The notes below the pieces were generated by a model, which had not been told where the DNA came from, did no database searches, and saw nothing but the letters and a program-made list of their open reading frames with translations. The translations under genes were made by a program, and so were the position numbers. 64,000 nucleotides of DNA from the human T2T-CHM13v2.0 reference genome, Homo sapiens: assembly GCF_009914755.1 (NCBI RefSeq), contig NC_060940.1; one strand, written 5' to 3'. Within the stretch, counting starts at the first letter, position 1. The number at the start of each line of letters is the position of its first letter. Shown here in pieces: positions 29,134 to 44,509 of this stretch.

Positions 29134-29691
29134 TAGACATAACCTAAAGATCTATTAATAGGAGACTGGTTCTATAAATTATTTGAATCCATACAGTGGA
29201 ATATTATGTATCCATAAAAGATTAATAAATTGCTTCAAAAATATATTGTTAAACTAAAAAAAATACAACTTTGTGTCTAGTGTGTTACCATTTGTGCACT
29301 ACTAAAAGGAGAAATATATATACAGTTACAGGTATATGTCTATATGCTTGCTGATAAGTGCATAAAATATCTCTGGAAAAATGCACAAGAAGCCAAAAAC
29401 ATTGACTGTGGGGAAGAGGATTGGGTAGCATGGGGAACAGAGGGAAGATGATGTTTACTATGAACTTTGTTGTACCATTTAAATTTGGGACTATATGAAG
29501 TATTAAAAATAAAATACTATAAAACATAAAATAAATATAGCATTAATAAAGCATTATTTTAACCTAAGGTATTCATTGAGAACTCAAATATCAGAAGGGG
29601 AATTCTGTTTTCCAAGAAAATTGGCTAGCTAAAAGTGAAACTCCAATTTGATCACTATTCCTTTGTATAAATATAAACATTCCTGTGATTG

Positions 29692-29995
<304 letters not shown>

Positions 29996-30671
29996 CTGTG
30001 ATTCTTTTATGACTTAACTTCTCCATCTGTAATACGGTATAATAACATCACTAACCCATATAGCAGAGAAAATGAAACTGAAGCAGTAGAAATAAGAGAA
30101 GCAGTCTAAAAACACAAAGTGCCAGGCTACTGTGACTATTAATAATGCCACATTTTCACATTTAAGTGAATTTAATCAATATTTGTGAATGAAAGAATGA
30201 ATGGATGGATGGGTAAAGTTATAGGAGAACAAAGATGGGAGGAGAATTAGGTTGAATTGCTTGAGTTTCAAGAAAAACCTTTTAAAAGCACAGGAATAAA
30301 TTTAAGGAGCAGACTTAAGGTAGATAGATTGTTTTAATGCATTTTGTGATCCCATACTTCACATAAGAATTGTGACACTCCAGGGAAGCAACACAGCCTA
30401 GCAGCTGATGCCATGGCTTTTAGAGTCAGGAAACTTACACTGATAGTCCAACTCTGCCACACTAGTTGTGTGACCTGGAGCAAGTTACAAGTTATTCAAC
30501 CTCTATCTGCCTCAGTTTCCTCTAGAGCTAGAAGGGTTCTCAGAGGTGATCTAATATGTGTCTCTTATTTTCCAGATGATGAGACAAGGTAAAAAAAGGG
30601 CTTGAGGAGACAAAGTGGTTGCCCAAGGTGGCATCATCAACCAGAAGCAGATTTGGCCCTAGAACATAGGA

Positions 30672-31152
30672 GGTAGATTGCAGACAGGCACAAATTCCTT
30701 GCAGCTCCTCTCATCAAGAAAAAGAGTGTTTTTCTCTACCCCTTTAACGTAGTGAAAATGAAGTTGTGTGAGAGTCAAGCCTGGATTGTAAGGGGTCTTT
30801 GAGTTTCCTTCTGCTCCTCTCACTCTTGGAATGCTGCTGCCATGTGAAAAAAACCGGGGTTAGTCTGTGGGAGGATGAGAGACTACATGGAGCAGAGACA
30901 AGAATCCCCGAGGAAGCCCTCCCATGCCAATCAGCTGGCCGACTGCCAGACATGTGAGTGAGGGGCCCCAGAGCTCCCAGCCCCAACCAAGCCACCAGCA
31001 GGCTACAGAAACCCACCGAGTTGGTTCAGATTAGAAGAGCTACCCTAGCCATCCAGCCATCCCAGCCACCCCAAGGAACCATGAGATAAATCAATAAAAT
31101 GCTTGTTGTTTTAAGTCTGGAGTGTTTGTTACACAGCGAAAGCTAACTGATA
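30672..31152 (+). mobile_element. MLT1 (MaLR) LTR
   Basis: CTGCCATGTGAAAAAAACC...GAGGATGAGAGACTACATGGAG; 3' TGTTGTTTTAAG...TTGTTACACAGC...AGCTAACTGATA. Confidence 0.75.
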
Positions 31153-31213
31153 ACAAACCCAATGATAGCCTCTTTTCAATGAAACTACATTTACAATTCA
31201 CTTTCAGGAAGTC

Positions 31214-31509
31214 CTTTTTTTTTTTTTTAATTTAGAGACAGAGTCTTACTCTGTCACCCAGATTAGAGGGCAGTCACTACAGCCTCAACCTCTTAGGTTC
31301 AAATGATCCTCCCACCTCAGCCTCCTGAGTAGCTAGGACTACAGGCAAATGCCACTAAACTTGGCTAACTTATTTTTATTTTCATTTTTTAAGAGATAGG
31401 GGTCTCAGTATGTTACCCAGGCTGATCTTGAACTCCTAGCCTCAAGTGATCCTCCTGCCTCGGCCTCCCAGACTGTTGGGATTACAGGCGTAAGCCACTG
31501 TGCCCAGCC
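31214..31509 (-). mobile_element. AluJ
   Basis: Diverged dimer; TSD AGGAAGTC. Confidence 0.9.
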
Positions 31510-31886
31510 TCTAGGAAGTCTTGGGTGACCAATTCTCCACCTAGATTGACTGTCTCTCCCTACCCACATGTTGCCTGGTCCATGTCCCTCTCCTCCCAGA
31601 AGCAGCTTCTGTTTCTGCCTGTGATCCTACAAATGGAGGGATAAATGTATGACCTCCAGAGTCACAGACCATCATCCTTCTGCAGCAGCAGCAAGAGAGA
31701 TTGGTACAGGACCCAGAGAGCTGCTAGTTGCAGGAGTCCTCCTGTCCCACCTCTTACTTCACAGACTCTAGACCCCTGTTACTGGGTATGCCAACTACAC
31801 TATTATTAAATTATTCAGGATTAAAAGGAAAGGTGCTTATCTGGCACTGGCTGGAAGGTGCTAAGCAACAGGGAAAGAACATCCTA

Positions 31887-32265
<379 letters not shown>

Positions 32266-32593
32266 TCATTTCCCTTTTCCTTGGCTTCCATTAATATTTT
32301 CTTTCCTGTTCCCTCAAGGTATCCGTATTCATTTCCAGAAATAAATGAAGGGTTTCCTGGTTTCCATTAAATTTAATGCCCATATCCTCTACTCATTCCC
32401 CTTCCTTCCAACTTTAGGAGTCTTTTCATTTTTCTCTTTTACAACTTTCCCCACAACTGCCCTCATATAGGAGATTCTAGAAATGCCAGGCTCCTGATGA
32501 ATGCCCCAAGATTTTCCCAATCAGAATCTTAGGAAGTTCTGCTACTCTATTATTATGAAGAGACCAAAGACACATGGACAAAGGAACAACCGA

Positions 32594-33031
32594 CTTTTTT
32601 TTTTTTTAGTTTTTTATTTCTATATATTTGGGGAACGGGTGGTATTTGGTTACATGGGCAAGTTCTTTAGCCGTGATTTGTGAGATTTCAGTGCACCCAT
32701 CACTCAAGCAGTATACAGTGAACCCAGTTTGTAGTCCTTTATCTCTTACATCCTTCCCAAGCTTTCCCCCTGAGTCCCCAAAGTCCATTGTATCATTCTT
32801 ATGCCTTTGCATCCTCAGAGCTTAGCTCTCCCTTATGAATGAGAACAATGTTTGGTTTTCCATTCTTGAGTTACTTCACTTAGAGTAATAATCTCCAATC
32901 CCATCCAGGTTGCTGTGAATGCCATTAATTCATTCCTTTTTATGGCTGAGTAGTATTCCATTTTACATATATATATATGTGTGTATATATGTGTATATAT
33001 ATGTGTGTATTATATATATATATAGCACCTC

Positions 33032-33062
<31 letters not shown>

Positions 33063-33102
33063 CACCTCAGCGCATATATATAATAGCACCTCAGCGCATA
33101 TA

Positions 33103-33140
<38 letters not shown>

Positions 33141-33258
33141 ACAGTTTATCTACTTGTTGATTAATGGGCATTTGGGCTGGTTCCACATTTTTGCAACTGT
33201 GAATTGTGCTGCTATAAACACACATGTGCAAGTATCTTTTTCGTCTGGTGACTTCTTG
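32594..33258 (-). mobile_element. L1PB-type 3' end with an expanded TA/TG microsatellite (32965-33140)
   Basis: GGTGGTATTTGGTTACATG...GTGCACCCATCAC...TCCCCAAAGTCCATTGTATCATTCTTATGCCTTTGCATCC. Confidence 0.85.
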
Positions 33259-34622
33259 GGAACACCTGATTGTGGAGACAAGGGCGGAATCGGCTGGGGA
33301 TCTGGAAATCCTGGGGCGGAGCAGCAGTCATGAGGAGGAGCCATGCTGATGGGAGGAGCCATGCTGGTGGGAGGAGCCAGCTGGAGTCAGCTTTGCTGCA
33401 GTTTTCTTCTTGCCAGGGCTAGTTTCTATGCTGCCTAACTTGGTGCTGGATACAGTTCTCAGAATTCCATCACCCTTGAACTCTGAAATGGTGGGGGTTT
33501 TTTTGTTTGTTTTTTGTGAATGCTAATTTTCTACCCAGGACTCTTGGAATAAGCTGAGATGCATTGACCACGCAGTTTGGAGCAAAGTGGTTTCACCCAT
33601 TCCCATCTACCTGTCGGGCATTTGGTACTTTTGAGAAATGCTTTAGAAGAGGAATGAGGAAATCTGTGTCATCGCCTGGAAATTCTGGTCCATGACCTCA
33701 ACAGCCCTCCTGGAATTTCCCTGGCCAGTTTTCTGTCCTAAATGCAGATCACCTACATTAATAGAAGATTCTGGGCATTTGTATAAAAATGGCTGCAGCG
33801 ATTCACAACGTTTTGTTTGGTGATAGAGGAGAGCAGCTCAGGCTCTATTCTATAGGGACATTAAGGTATGCTGGTCAAAGCATAAAGGGTCCTGAAGGGA
33901 AAAGCAAGCATTCCCAAGGAGAATAAGGAAAATGTAAACAGCTACCAGGCGTGGGTGCCATCTGATCGATTTCATCTTCCAGCAGGAATTTCCCAAACCT
34001 GATCACTTTCTCCATTGCTAACAGAGAGTAGAGGAAACACAGCAATGGGGAAGTCCGTTTCGAAAACAAACCACTTACTCTTTACAGCAAAGGGACTGAA
34101 GTTTTTCAGGAGAAAGATCTAGCTGCTCTCCCATTCATCAAAATGTGGCAGGGCAGTGATTACAAATGCAAATGTAACCTTTAGGTCCTATAGGCAAAGA
34201 CAGTGCTCACCGCCTGTATCCAGTGGGCAGTTGCGACTGGGTTCTTTTCTCAATTCTAGTATTTTTATAAACCTATCATCACATATTCTGCATTTATTTG
34301 TGGGTGGGTATGGAATGTTACTGCTACACATTTTAAATAATTAGTATTAGTTAATATTTAGTTTCTATTTAGTATAGTTTATATTATTTCTATTTAGTAT
34401 TACTTTCGAAAGCAAACTTACATACAAGATAACATCTATACTTCCCTTTTGAGATTCAAGAACTAAATGAAGAGCTAGGAGGTGCCAGGCATGACGAGAG
34501 GTGTTAGCATCTGGAATTTTTACAATGCTACTGTGAAGGAGTAATATTCATCCACATGTCTCCATTTTGCAGACGTGAAGACAGATTCCAAGCACTTAAG
34601 GGGCTTGGCCATGATTAGTTGG

Positions 34623-34981
34623 TGATGTGGTTTGGCTGCGTCCCCACCCAAATCTCATCTTGAATTGTAGCTTTCACAATTCCCACATGTCATAGGAGGG
34701 AACTGGTGGGAGGTAACTGAATCCTGGGAATGGAGCTTTTCTGTGCTGTTCTCATGATAGTGAATAAGTCTCAAAAGATGTCACGGTTTTATAAGCGGGA
34801 GTTTCCTTCCTTGCCCATGCTCTCTTGCCTTCTGCCACATAAGATAGGGCTTTCGCCTTCCGCCATGATTGTGAGGCCTCCCTAGCCATGTGGAACTGTG
34901 AGTCCATTAAACTTCTTTTTCTTTATAAATTATCCAGTTTTGCGTATGTCTTTATCAGCAGCATGAAAACATACCAATACA
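34623..34981 (+). mobile_element. THE1B-like MaLR solo LTR inserted in a MIR
   Basis: TGATGTGGTTTGGCTGCGTCCCCACCCAAATCTCATCTTGAATTGTAGC...CAGCAGCATGAAAAC...AATACA; TSD (G/C)TTGG. Confidence 0.9.
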
Positions 34982-37179
34982 CTTGGGTACTGCAAGGCAG
35001 AAAGGAGATGTGAACCTAGATATATTGACTCCAATCCCAGTATACATTCAGGATACACTTGTAGTCAAGTGCATGGTGATAAAAAAGCACAAGCATGACC
35101 TGTGGTTTGATTACACTTTCGTGACAGCCTCAGGGCTGTGGTGTCACTGAAGAGGGAAAAATATCTATGGCAGATACGTTTGCCTGGGATTAGCGGAAGG
35201 GCAGAAGGAGAAGGGGGTTCTGATGCATCTTTCTGCTGCATCAAGCACTTCACTGAATTGCCATCTCTCCCTTGGGCCTGTGGAATACACATTTCCTTTG
35301 TAACTTCATCTTGGGTCTGGGGCACAGGGTCTTGGGGGTCATCTTGTTTACACAGGAAACACAAGGCTTCAAAATGGCCACCCCCAACTATGATGGAACA
35401 GCTAGGTTTCAGCGGGGAGAGTACTTCCGACTCGGTTTGAAGAAGTGGAATTTGGGCATATGGAGTCGTCCCTGATGATGACTAACCAGGCTCAGATCTG
35501 TATTTATACAGCATCCCAGTCTTACAAATTGAACATGTACCAAATCATGGGGCATTTTTATACAAAAGGGACGAGCCTCAATGACATCCGGTGGTGGTTT
35601 CCTTGCTACAGGATGCCTTTTCCCTCTTGAACCCTGACCACCTGCCATGAAACCTTTGCATTCTGTGACCCCTCTGCCTGCCAAAGCCCTCCATGGGCAG
35701 CTTGGTCTAGCCTGGGGTAGCCTTGAGAGGTGACTGGGCTAGACCTTGAGGGGACGCTGGGCTAGACCAGTTTATCCCAGTAGATTCTCAAAGACTCAGC
35801 ATTGCTGTTTCCATTCATCTTTAAGATGATACGCAAATTTTCATTAAGTGAACTTCTTCCTCATTTTATTTTTCTCCCCAGAGTTTGATGTTTAACTAAA
35901 GGAGAAGTAATTCAGGGCCCCAGGATGTGTATTTATTTTTTCAATTTGTGATGTCCCCTCATCACCGCCTCTCAGTGTATCTGTTGGTAAAAATGGAAAG
36001 TGATATTAGTGCTATTATTAACCTCCATCGTTATACTTGGAAGATTTCAGAAGATTTGATTTACCCAGTATTTCCATCTCTGTATGGCTATGGTGATAAG
36101 TGGGAAGTCAAGAAGAAACACAAAGTAGGATGTGAATAAATCCATTTTTTTCCACAATAAATGACTGAAATCATACTCTTCTTCCTTTTTTTTCCCTAGA
36201 CTAGGGTTTTGTAAGAAGCATGGTGGTATGAGTTAAACTTGGCCTCAATTGGTTTTGCTTGAGCACAATTATTCCCATATGGAGTAGGAAATTCTCTGTT
36301 CTGCAGAGTTCTGGGGGAGATGCTTTAGAATGTGGTGCACTATTCCCCTCAAACTCTATATGAATCTGAAGAACAGAACAGAATGCTGAGTGCATTGCAG
36401 GGGAGAGACAAGGGTGTGTGGTTGCCCAGTTACCCAGCGAGAGTCACGTCCCAGACCCTACCCACAGGAGACTGACATTTAGACAAACTTGTTCTCAGCC
36501 ACTGGCGCTGCGCCCGACGCAGGGCATGGCTCTGAATGGCTCTGGCATCTGTTTTGTCTTGCCTCAAGCCCACACACTGGGACTTGCTTGTTTTCATCCA
36601 ATAGCAATTAGCACCGTGGTAAATGCCTTGTGCTCTGTGCTAATTCAGAAGAATAAGCCTGTCGCAACTCCGCCAAGAATTACAGCTAATCACAGAGGGC
36701 TCGGGGCGCACCTGCCCTTTCATCAGCCTTTTGTTTTAAAATGAGGGGTTGGTGCAACCCGAAACACTGCATTCTCTCCTTGGTCAGGGATAACCATGGA
36801 GACCCAGGGGAGACTTGGAGTGCATCCTGGTGGCCATCCCTGGGACATGCTTCCTACAAAGGGGCACAGCGAGCAACAGGGAACCCAAGCAGCTATTTAC
36901 TGTGGGCAACTGCAGACAGGGTGGGCCCCGGGGACACTCCACAGAGGTGCAGAAGCTTGGTCTACAGCAGTGCCCACCAATGGAGACTGTTCACAAGTCA
37001 CTGCAGATGCAGTACTTGGGAATAAAGACCTGGGCTGCCTCCACTTTCAAGCTAAAAAGCTCTTTGGTTATTGTTTTCTTTTAGCCTCATCATCTAACCT
37101 AGAACCTGGGCTTATTCTAAGAATATACCTTCTGTCCTAATTTGGTATTGATCATTTATTGATTTTTGTGCTTTTTCCT

Positions 37180-38250
<1,071 letters not shown>

Positions 38251-38709
38251 CTTTTCAAGTTATAATTTATTTAAAAAATCACTTTAAATCTACTCTGCTC
38301 AAATTCATGTTGAAGACAGGTCTCATGCAACTTATTTTAGTGGGAATTTGTCAAATCTCTCCCACGTGCTTAGAAACATGCAGCCCAGGAAGAGGAAAAC
38401 ATAGCCACGACCACTGATGTGCGTGGAGAACAGGAACTGCTTTATTTAACTTTTCTTCCATGCTGAGCTCATCTCAGGGGAGGAACCGAGCCTCTCCATC
38501 GCCCACAGCACCCAGCCCAGGGTCAAACACAACAGCAGGTGCTTCAATAAATATTTGATGATTGACTGAAGCAAGATGGTGGCTCTTGTTCCCAGTGGAC
38601 ATGACTAGGGTTTGTGCCTGTCTAGTGGGAGGTGTTAGAACCTAGAGAGGGCTGATTGACCACTTACTAAAAGATCTGCCCAGTGGAAGGCATTCATGGT
38701 ATATGGAGG

Positions 38710-39186
38710 TCAGCGGTCCCCTATCAGGCTGCTCATTAGAACCAGGGAAAGAGTTTAAAAACATATGGATGCCCTGGACCAGAGGCGGATTTACCTTGAC
38801 ACTAATGAGATTCAAGCTTCAAGGCCTCAATTGCATGGTACCCACTGCGTGCTGGGAGGTCCTCGGAGTTCTAGAGTGTTCTAGGTATGGAGGGGAAGAA
38901 GCCAGGTTGCAATTAGAACACTCGAAAAGATCTCTAAACCAAGGGATCTGACTAGGTAATGTGTAACATTTCTTCCCTCATTTTAAAGCAATACTAAGCA
39001 TGGAATTTTTTAAATTGGTGATTTCGTTTTGTTCTGTTTTTCATTAAGAAGTTCTCACAAAACCTGGATCTGCCCCTGCTGGATGTCACCCCAGAGGTTG
39101 TGATTTAATTTGTCTGGGGTGTGGCCCAGGCCCTGGCAATTTTTAGAGCTTGGCGTTGAGTGGAATATGCCCCAGGGTTGAGCCAC
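38710..39186. mobile_element. MER5-like MITE split by a hAT-Tip100-like (Zaphod/MER115-type) element at ~38780-39077
   Basis: Inner element bounded by inverted termini CAGAGGCGGATT ... GATCTGCCCCTG; MER5 halves on either side. Confidence 0.55.
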
Positions 39187-39519
39187 ATGGTTACAGTGTC
39201 CACTAATGACCAGGTGTAGGCTACAAGCCACCGGGAAAGAGCCCAGTCATGTGTGAGCCCTTGTCATTTTAAACATCAACTCTTCAACCAAATGGGCCCT
39301 TTTTGTTTTCTTCTAAGTCAGTCTTCTTGTTTTGAGACCCTCCGATTTCAGTGTGTCCCATAGGCCATCTCCCTGTGGCACCCACTGGCAGGTCACACCC
39401 CCTGCTCACTCCTCCCCAGTGGCTTTTCCCGAGCCACTGGTGAAAGCCCAGGCTGCTCCGGAGGGGCAGCACAGCAAGCTGTCAAGAGCTTGGGGCAGAT
39501 GCTTGAGTCCACACTGCAG

Positions 39520-39700
39520 CCCCGCTTCTGAGTCAGAGGGAACTGGATCAGAATCCCACCTCGGCCACTGACCAGCTTTGTGCCCCTGGACATGTTCCTT
39601 AACCTCCCTGTCCCTCAGTTTCTTCACCTGTAAAATGGGGATGATAATAGGAACAGCTGTATAGCTTTCAAATGAAGATGAAACGAGAGGATGGTTAAGT
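39520..39700 (+). mobile_element. MIR
   Basis: TTAACCTCCCTGTCCCTCAGTTTCTTCACCTGTAAAATGGGGATGATAATAG core. Confidence 0.85.
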
Positions 39701-40779
39701 TTCTGCTGCAGGCCAGGAGCATGGCAGGTGCCTGACAAAGGAGGAATTATGTCCTGGCTGATTGACACCTACCCGTCTTCTGGTCCACCCTATGCCATGC
39801 TTCCTGCCCTCCACCGAACTGCCTTCCTTCTCTGACAATGTTTTGTCTTCACTGGCCACATTGCTGATGGGGCATTGTCTCATCACCTGCTTCTCTTCTC
39901 AGTTAGATGCTGGGTTCTTAGAGGGGAGAGACAAGGTTTTACACCCTTCTTTCCACAGTGGTTGTTCCAAGGCAACAATGTCATCATCCACAAAATAATA
40001 ATAGCTAACATTTTTTGAATGTCTGTTTTTCAGACAAGCAACCCATACCTCAGGGAGGCTGTATAACCATCTAAGTTCACACAGCCTATGGGATAACATT
40101 CATCCATGTCGAAGTTTTCATCCGTCTGAAGCAAAAATGAGAAAAGAGCAGGTAGAGCTAACCGTATTTATTTAAAGGACTAGCTTTTATTTGGAGATTA
40201 TATTACTCCCTTTTTAAAAAATTTTAAGTGCTCTTTCACTGACGGCATGTGATAGTGACAGTAGGTTGCAGATTTTTTTAAATGACTTTACATTGCAAAA
40301 TAAATTATTGAGTATTCTATATTTTTCTCTCCCAGTTTTTTTCTGGTAAAATGTTATTGGTCTTTGAAGTAAAAAAATCTGAGACCTGTTAGTCTGAAAA
40401 ACAGCTGTATATAAAATGATGCTCAATCTGTATTGGTTAAGTCAATACATATGACATTTTACATTAACTCCTGACGCAAACTTGTTGCCAATAGAAGGAA
40501 GGAAGAGAAAATCTTTCAGTTCCTAATTCAATTTCTTTCCACCAATATTTACTGAGCACCTAACTTGTACCAAGGACTGTGCTAGAGTCTATGGACACAA
40601 AACAAATAAAACACAACCGCTGCCCTCAAAGAACCTAGCGTTATTCCCAACAGTGAGGTTGGAGAAAGTAAAAAGGAACATTGCTGCTAGAATAACCAAT
40701 CAATATTTCAACAGAAATATCAATATTGTAAAAATATTCAATCAATATCAACATTTGTTAAGGGTATCTTTAATGCAAT

Positions 40780-41071
40780 GTTGTTTTTTGAGACAGAGTG
40801 TTACTCTGTCGCCCAGGCTGGAGCACAGTGGCGATGACATGGTTCACTGCAGCCTTAACCTCCTGGGTTTAAGCAATCCTCCTGCCTTGGCCTCCTACAT
40901 AGCTGGGACTACAGGCAGGTGCCATCACACCTGGCTAATTTTTAAATTTTTTGTAGAGATGGGATCTCCCTATGTTTCCTGGGCTGGTCTTGAACTACTG
41001 GGCTCAAGTGATCCTCCAGCCTCAGTCTCTCAAAGTGCTGAGATAACATGTGTGAGCCACCGTGCCCAGCC
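40780..41071 (-). mobile_element. AluJ
   Basis: CACTGCAGCCTTAACCTCCTGGG; TSD AAGGGT(A/G)TCTTT. Confidence 0.9.
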
Positions 41072-41809
41072 AAGGGTGTCTTTTGGCCCTTAAAGAAAAA
41101 TACCACTAGACAGGGCACAATGCTTCTATTTCTCCACCAGTCTTTCAGCCCCTAACGAGGCTAAACTGATAAGGGTGTTCTAATCCTCATGTGGTAACAT
41201 TCTTGGGGTTCACCTGCTACAAGGAGGAAGTGCAGATAGCAATAAGACTTCTAACAAAAAAGCATAGATATAAGGGCTATGGATCATTTGAAAAACATTT
41301 ATGAAAATATAAAGAATATTAAAATATAAAGAATGAACCAAAAACCTACAATCAAAATAACTCCTGTTGGATATGAAAATAAAAAGCATTTCCTCATGTG
41401 GCTAGAAAATTCAACTTAAAAATAGGATGGCATAAAATGAGTTCTGACTCCGCTCAGTAGGCCAGCTCCATGTATCTGTTCAAATGTATTTTCCATGCAT
41501 ATACCATCAAAATTTATATATAAAACACATATAATACAATATACATAATCTGTCCATTTTTTCTTTTCTTTACGCAAAGGACTCATACTGAACCACACTC
41601 TTCTCCACTTCTTTTTACTTGAAAATAAATCCCAGAGATGTTTCCGCATCAGTTTTTTAAGATCTAGCCCCCTCTTTGTAAAGGCTATAGAGTATTCTAT
41701 CAGAGGATATTCCATACTTTTTTTTTAAAGCCAATCTCCCACTTGCCAGATATTTAATGTCTTTTGTTACAAATAATGCCTTAAGGAGTGTCTCTGTATA
41801 GGTATTTCA

Positions 41810-42374
<565 letters not shown>

Positions 42375-43562
42375 TTATTGGTTTGTATACAGTCAAACTT
42401 ACTAATCTTTTCCTTTGTGGCTTCTGGTCTTTATCTTTGTTTTAGAAAGTGTGCCCTCTTCAGTATGCTGAGTTCACTTATGTTCTATTCTATAACTTTC
42501 ATGCTTTTGTTACTTTAAAGTCTTTGATCCATTTGGAATTTATTTGGGTTTATTGATGTCACTTTATTTTTCCTCAAATGTTTAGCCAGGTGTTCCACAC
42601 TATTTATTAAGTAATTCATCTATTCTTTCCTGACCTGATACCCTATTTTTATGTTTAAGTCTATGTCTGGATTCCACCCATCTGTTTAGTTCTTTAGCAA
42701 TACCAAATTGCTTTAATTATTGTTGCTTCTTAATCTGTTTTGATAATCTAATAGGCACAACTTACTCCATTAGACTTCCCTACCTCCTCCCTGAAGATTC
42801 CTTGCTATTTTGTATTTATGCCACAGTAATTACCAGTATTATTTTCTGAACTTTCTCTACCAAAAGGAAATGCCTCTTGGAATGCTATAAATATTCTATA
42901 TGACATCTGGTGTATATTTCGGATAGATACCCTTTATTGGTCTAAGAAACTGTAGTTCCCTATAAAGCTATGTCCACAGGCAGTAAGCAAGCAAGACTTT
43001 TGTCTGTAATTTTTTTTTCTGTTTTAAAACTTGCTTTAGCCTCTGGATTCAAGCACAGAGATGTACAGAGCCTGCTAATTTCCCACCTTTTATGAAGCAC
43101 ATTTAGTCTATATCACTGTGCAGTAGCCCGATTCCAGGTTGCCATTTCCTGTTTCGGGACAGAGAGTCTAGAGGTCCCTGGCTTTAGTCTCACTTGTTAC
43201 TTTGTATTTGTGTTCCATTTCTGGCCCATAGGGAAATCTATGACGCTTTTGAGTCCAGTTACATATTTACCTTTCTCTTCCTCTATTTTACATGTTAGAA
43301 CAGAGGGGGTGAGTCAATGTGTGAATTTACCATGCCCTCCTGATAGGAAATCTGTGTGTCTGTATTTCCCTCTTAGGTTTTCAAAAGGAGATTCTCAGAA
43401 TCTAGAAGCATCACTTGACGAAGCTTCGGGTGGTCATGACTGCTGGGGCTCAGGGGACAAGATCACATGGTCGTCTTTCACTAGGGGGTCTTTTGGAGGT
43501 TTGTTTTTACATCTAGAAACTCCAATATGTTAAAATCCCCATGCATAATCAAGACTTCCACT

Positions 43563-43905
43563 ATATACCTCAGAGATATTCTGAGTTCGATTCCAGACTG
43601 CCTCAATAAAGTGAGTAGCACAATAAAGTGAGTCACACAATCTTTTTGGTTTTCCACTGCATAGAAAGGTTAATGTTTATACTGTCGTCTATTGAGTGTG
43701 CCATAGCATTATGTTTTAAAGCCCAATTTAAAATACTTTATTGCTAACAAATGCTGATGCTGAATCATGAAGGGAGCACATGCTCTTGGAAAAACTGTGC
43801 AAATACACTTGCTTGATGCAGGGTTGCCACAAATCTTCAATTTGTAAAAAATGCATATCTGTGAAGTGCAGTAAAGTGAAGCACAATAAAAGAAGGTATC
43901 CTGGT
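43563..43905 (-). mobile_element. Internally deleted Tigger1 (both termini present)
   Basis: ATACCTCAGAGATATT...CCAGAC...AATAAAGTGAG at one end; GCAGGGTTGCCACAAATCTTCAATTTGTAAAAAA...GCACAATAAAA...GGTAT at the other. Confidence 0.8.
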
Positions 43906-44114
43906 ATATATTTTTGCTTAGCCTTACAGTGAGACTTTTGAGCTTTATTCTATGGACCGTATCCTTTGCTCCACACCTAACTCGAAAGTTAGGGGCGGTC
44001 AAGAGTGATGGGGGGGGACAGGGAAGGATGATATTGGGAACTTATTAGAAGATGAAGCGTCCATGCCCCATTTTTAAAACTCTTATCATTTTTCCTACAC
44101 AACAAATTGTGTAA

Positions 44115-44509
<395 letters not shown>

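Noticed and set aside
35356-35475. Plus-strand acceptor followed by ETQGFKMATPNYDG...RP*; similar isolated plus-strand splice-like sites near 47695, 50189, 50360, 56537 and 59667
   Set aside because: No consistent exon chain or recognisable product; illustrates the high background of pseudo-exons
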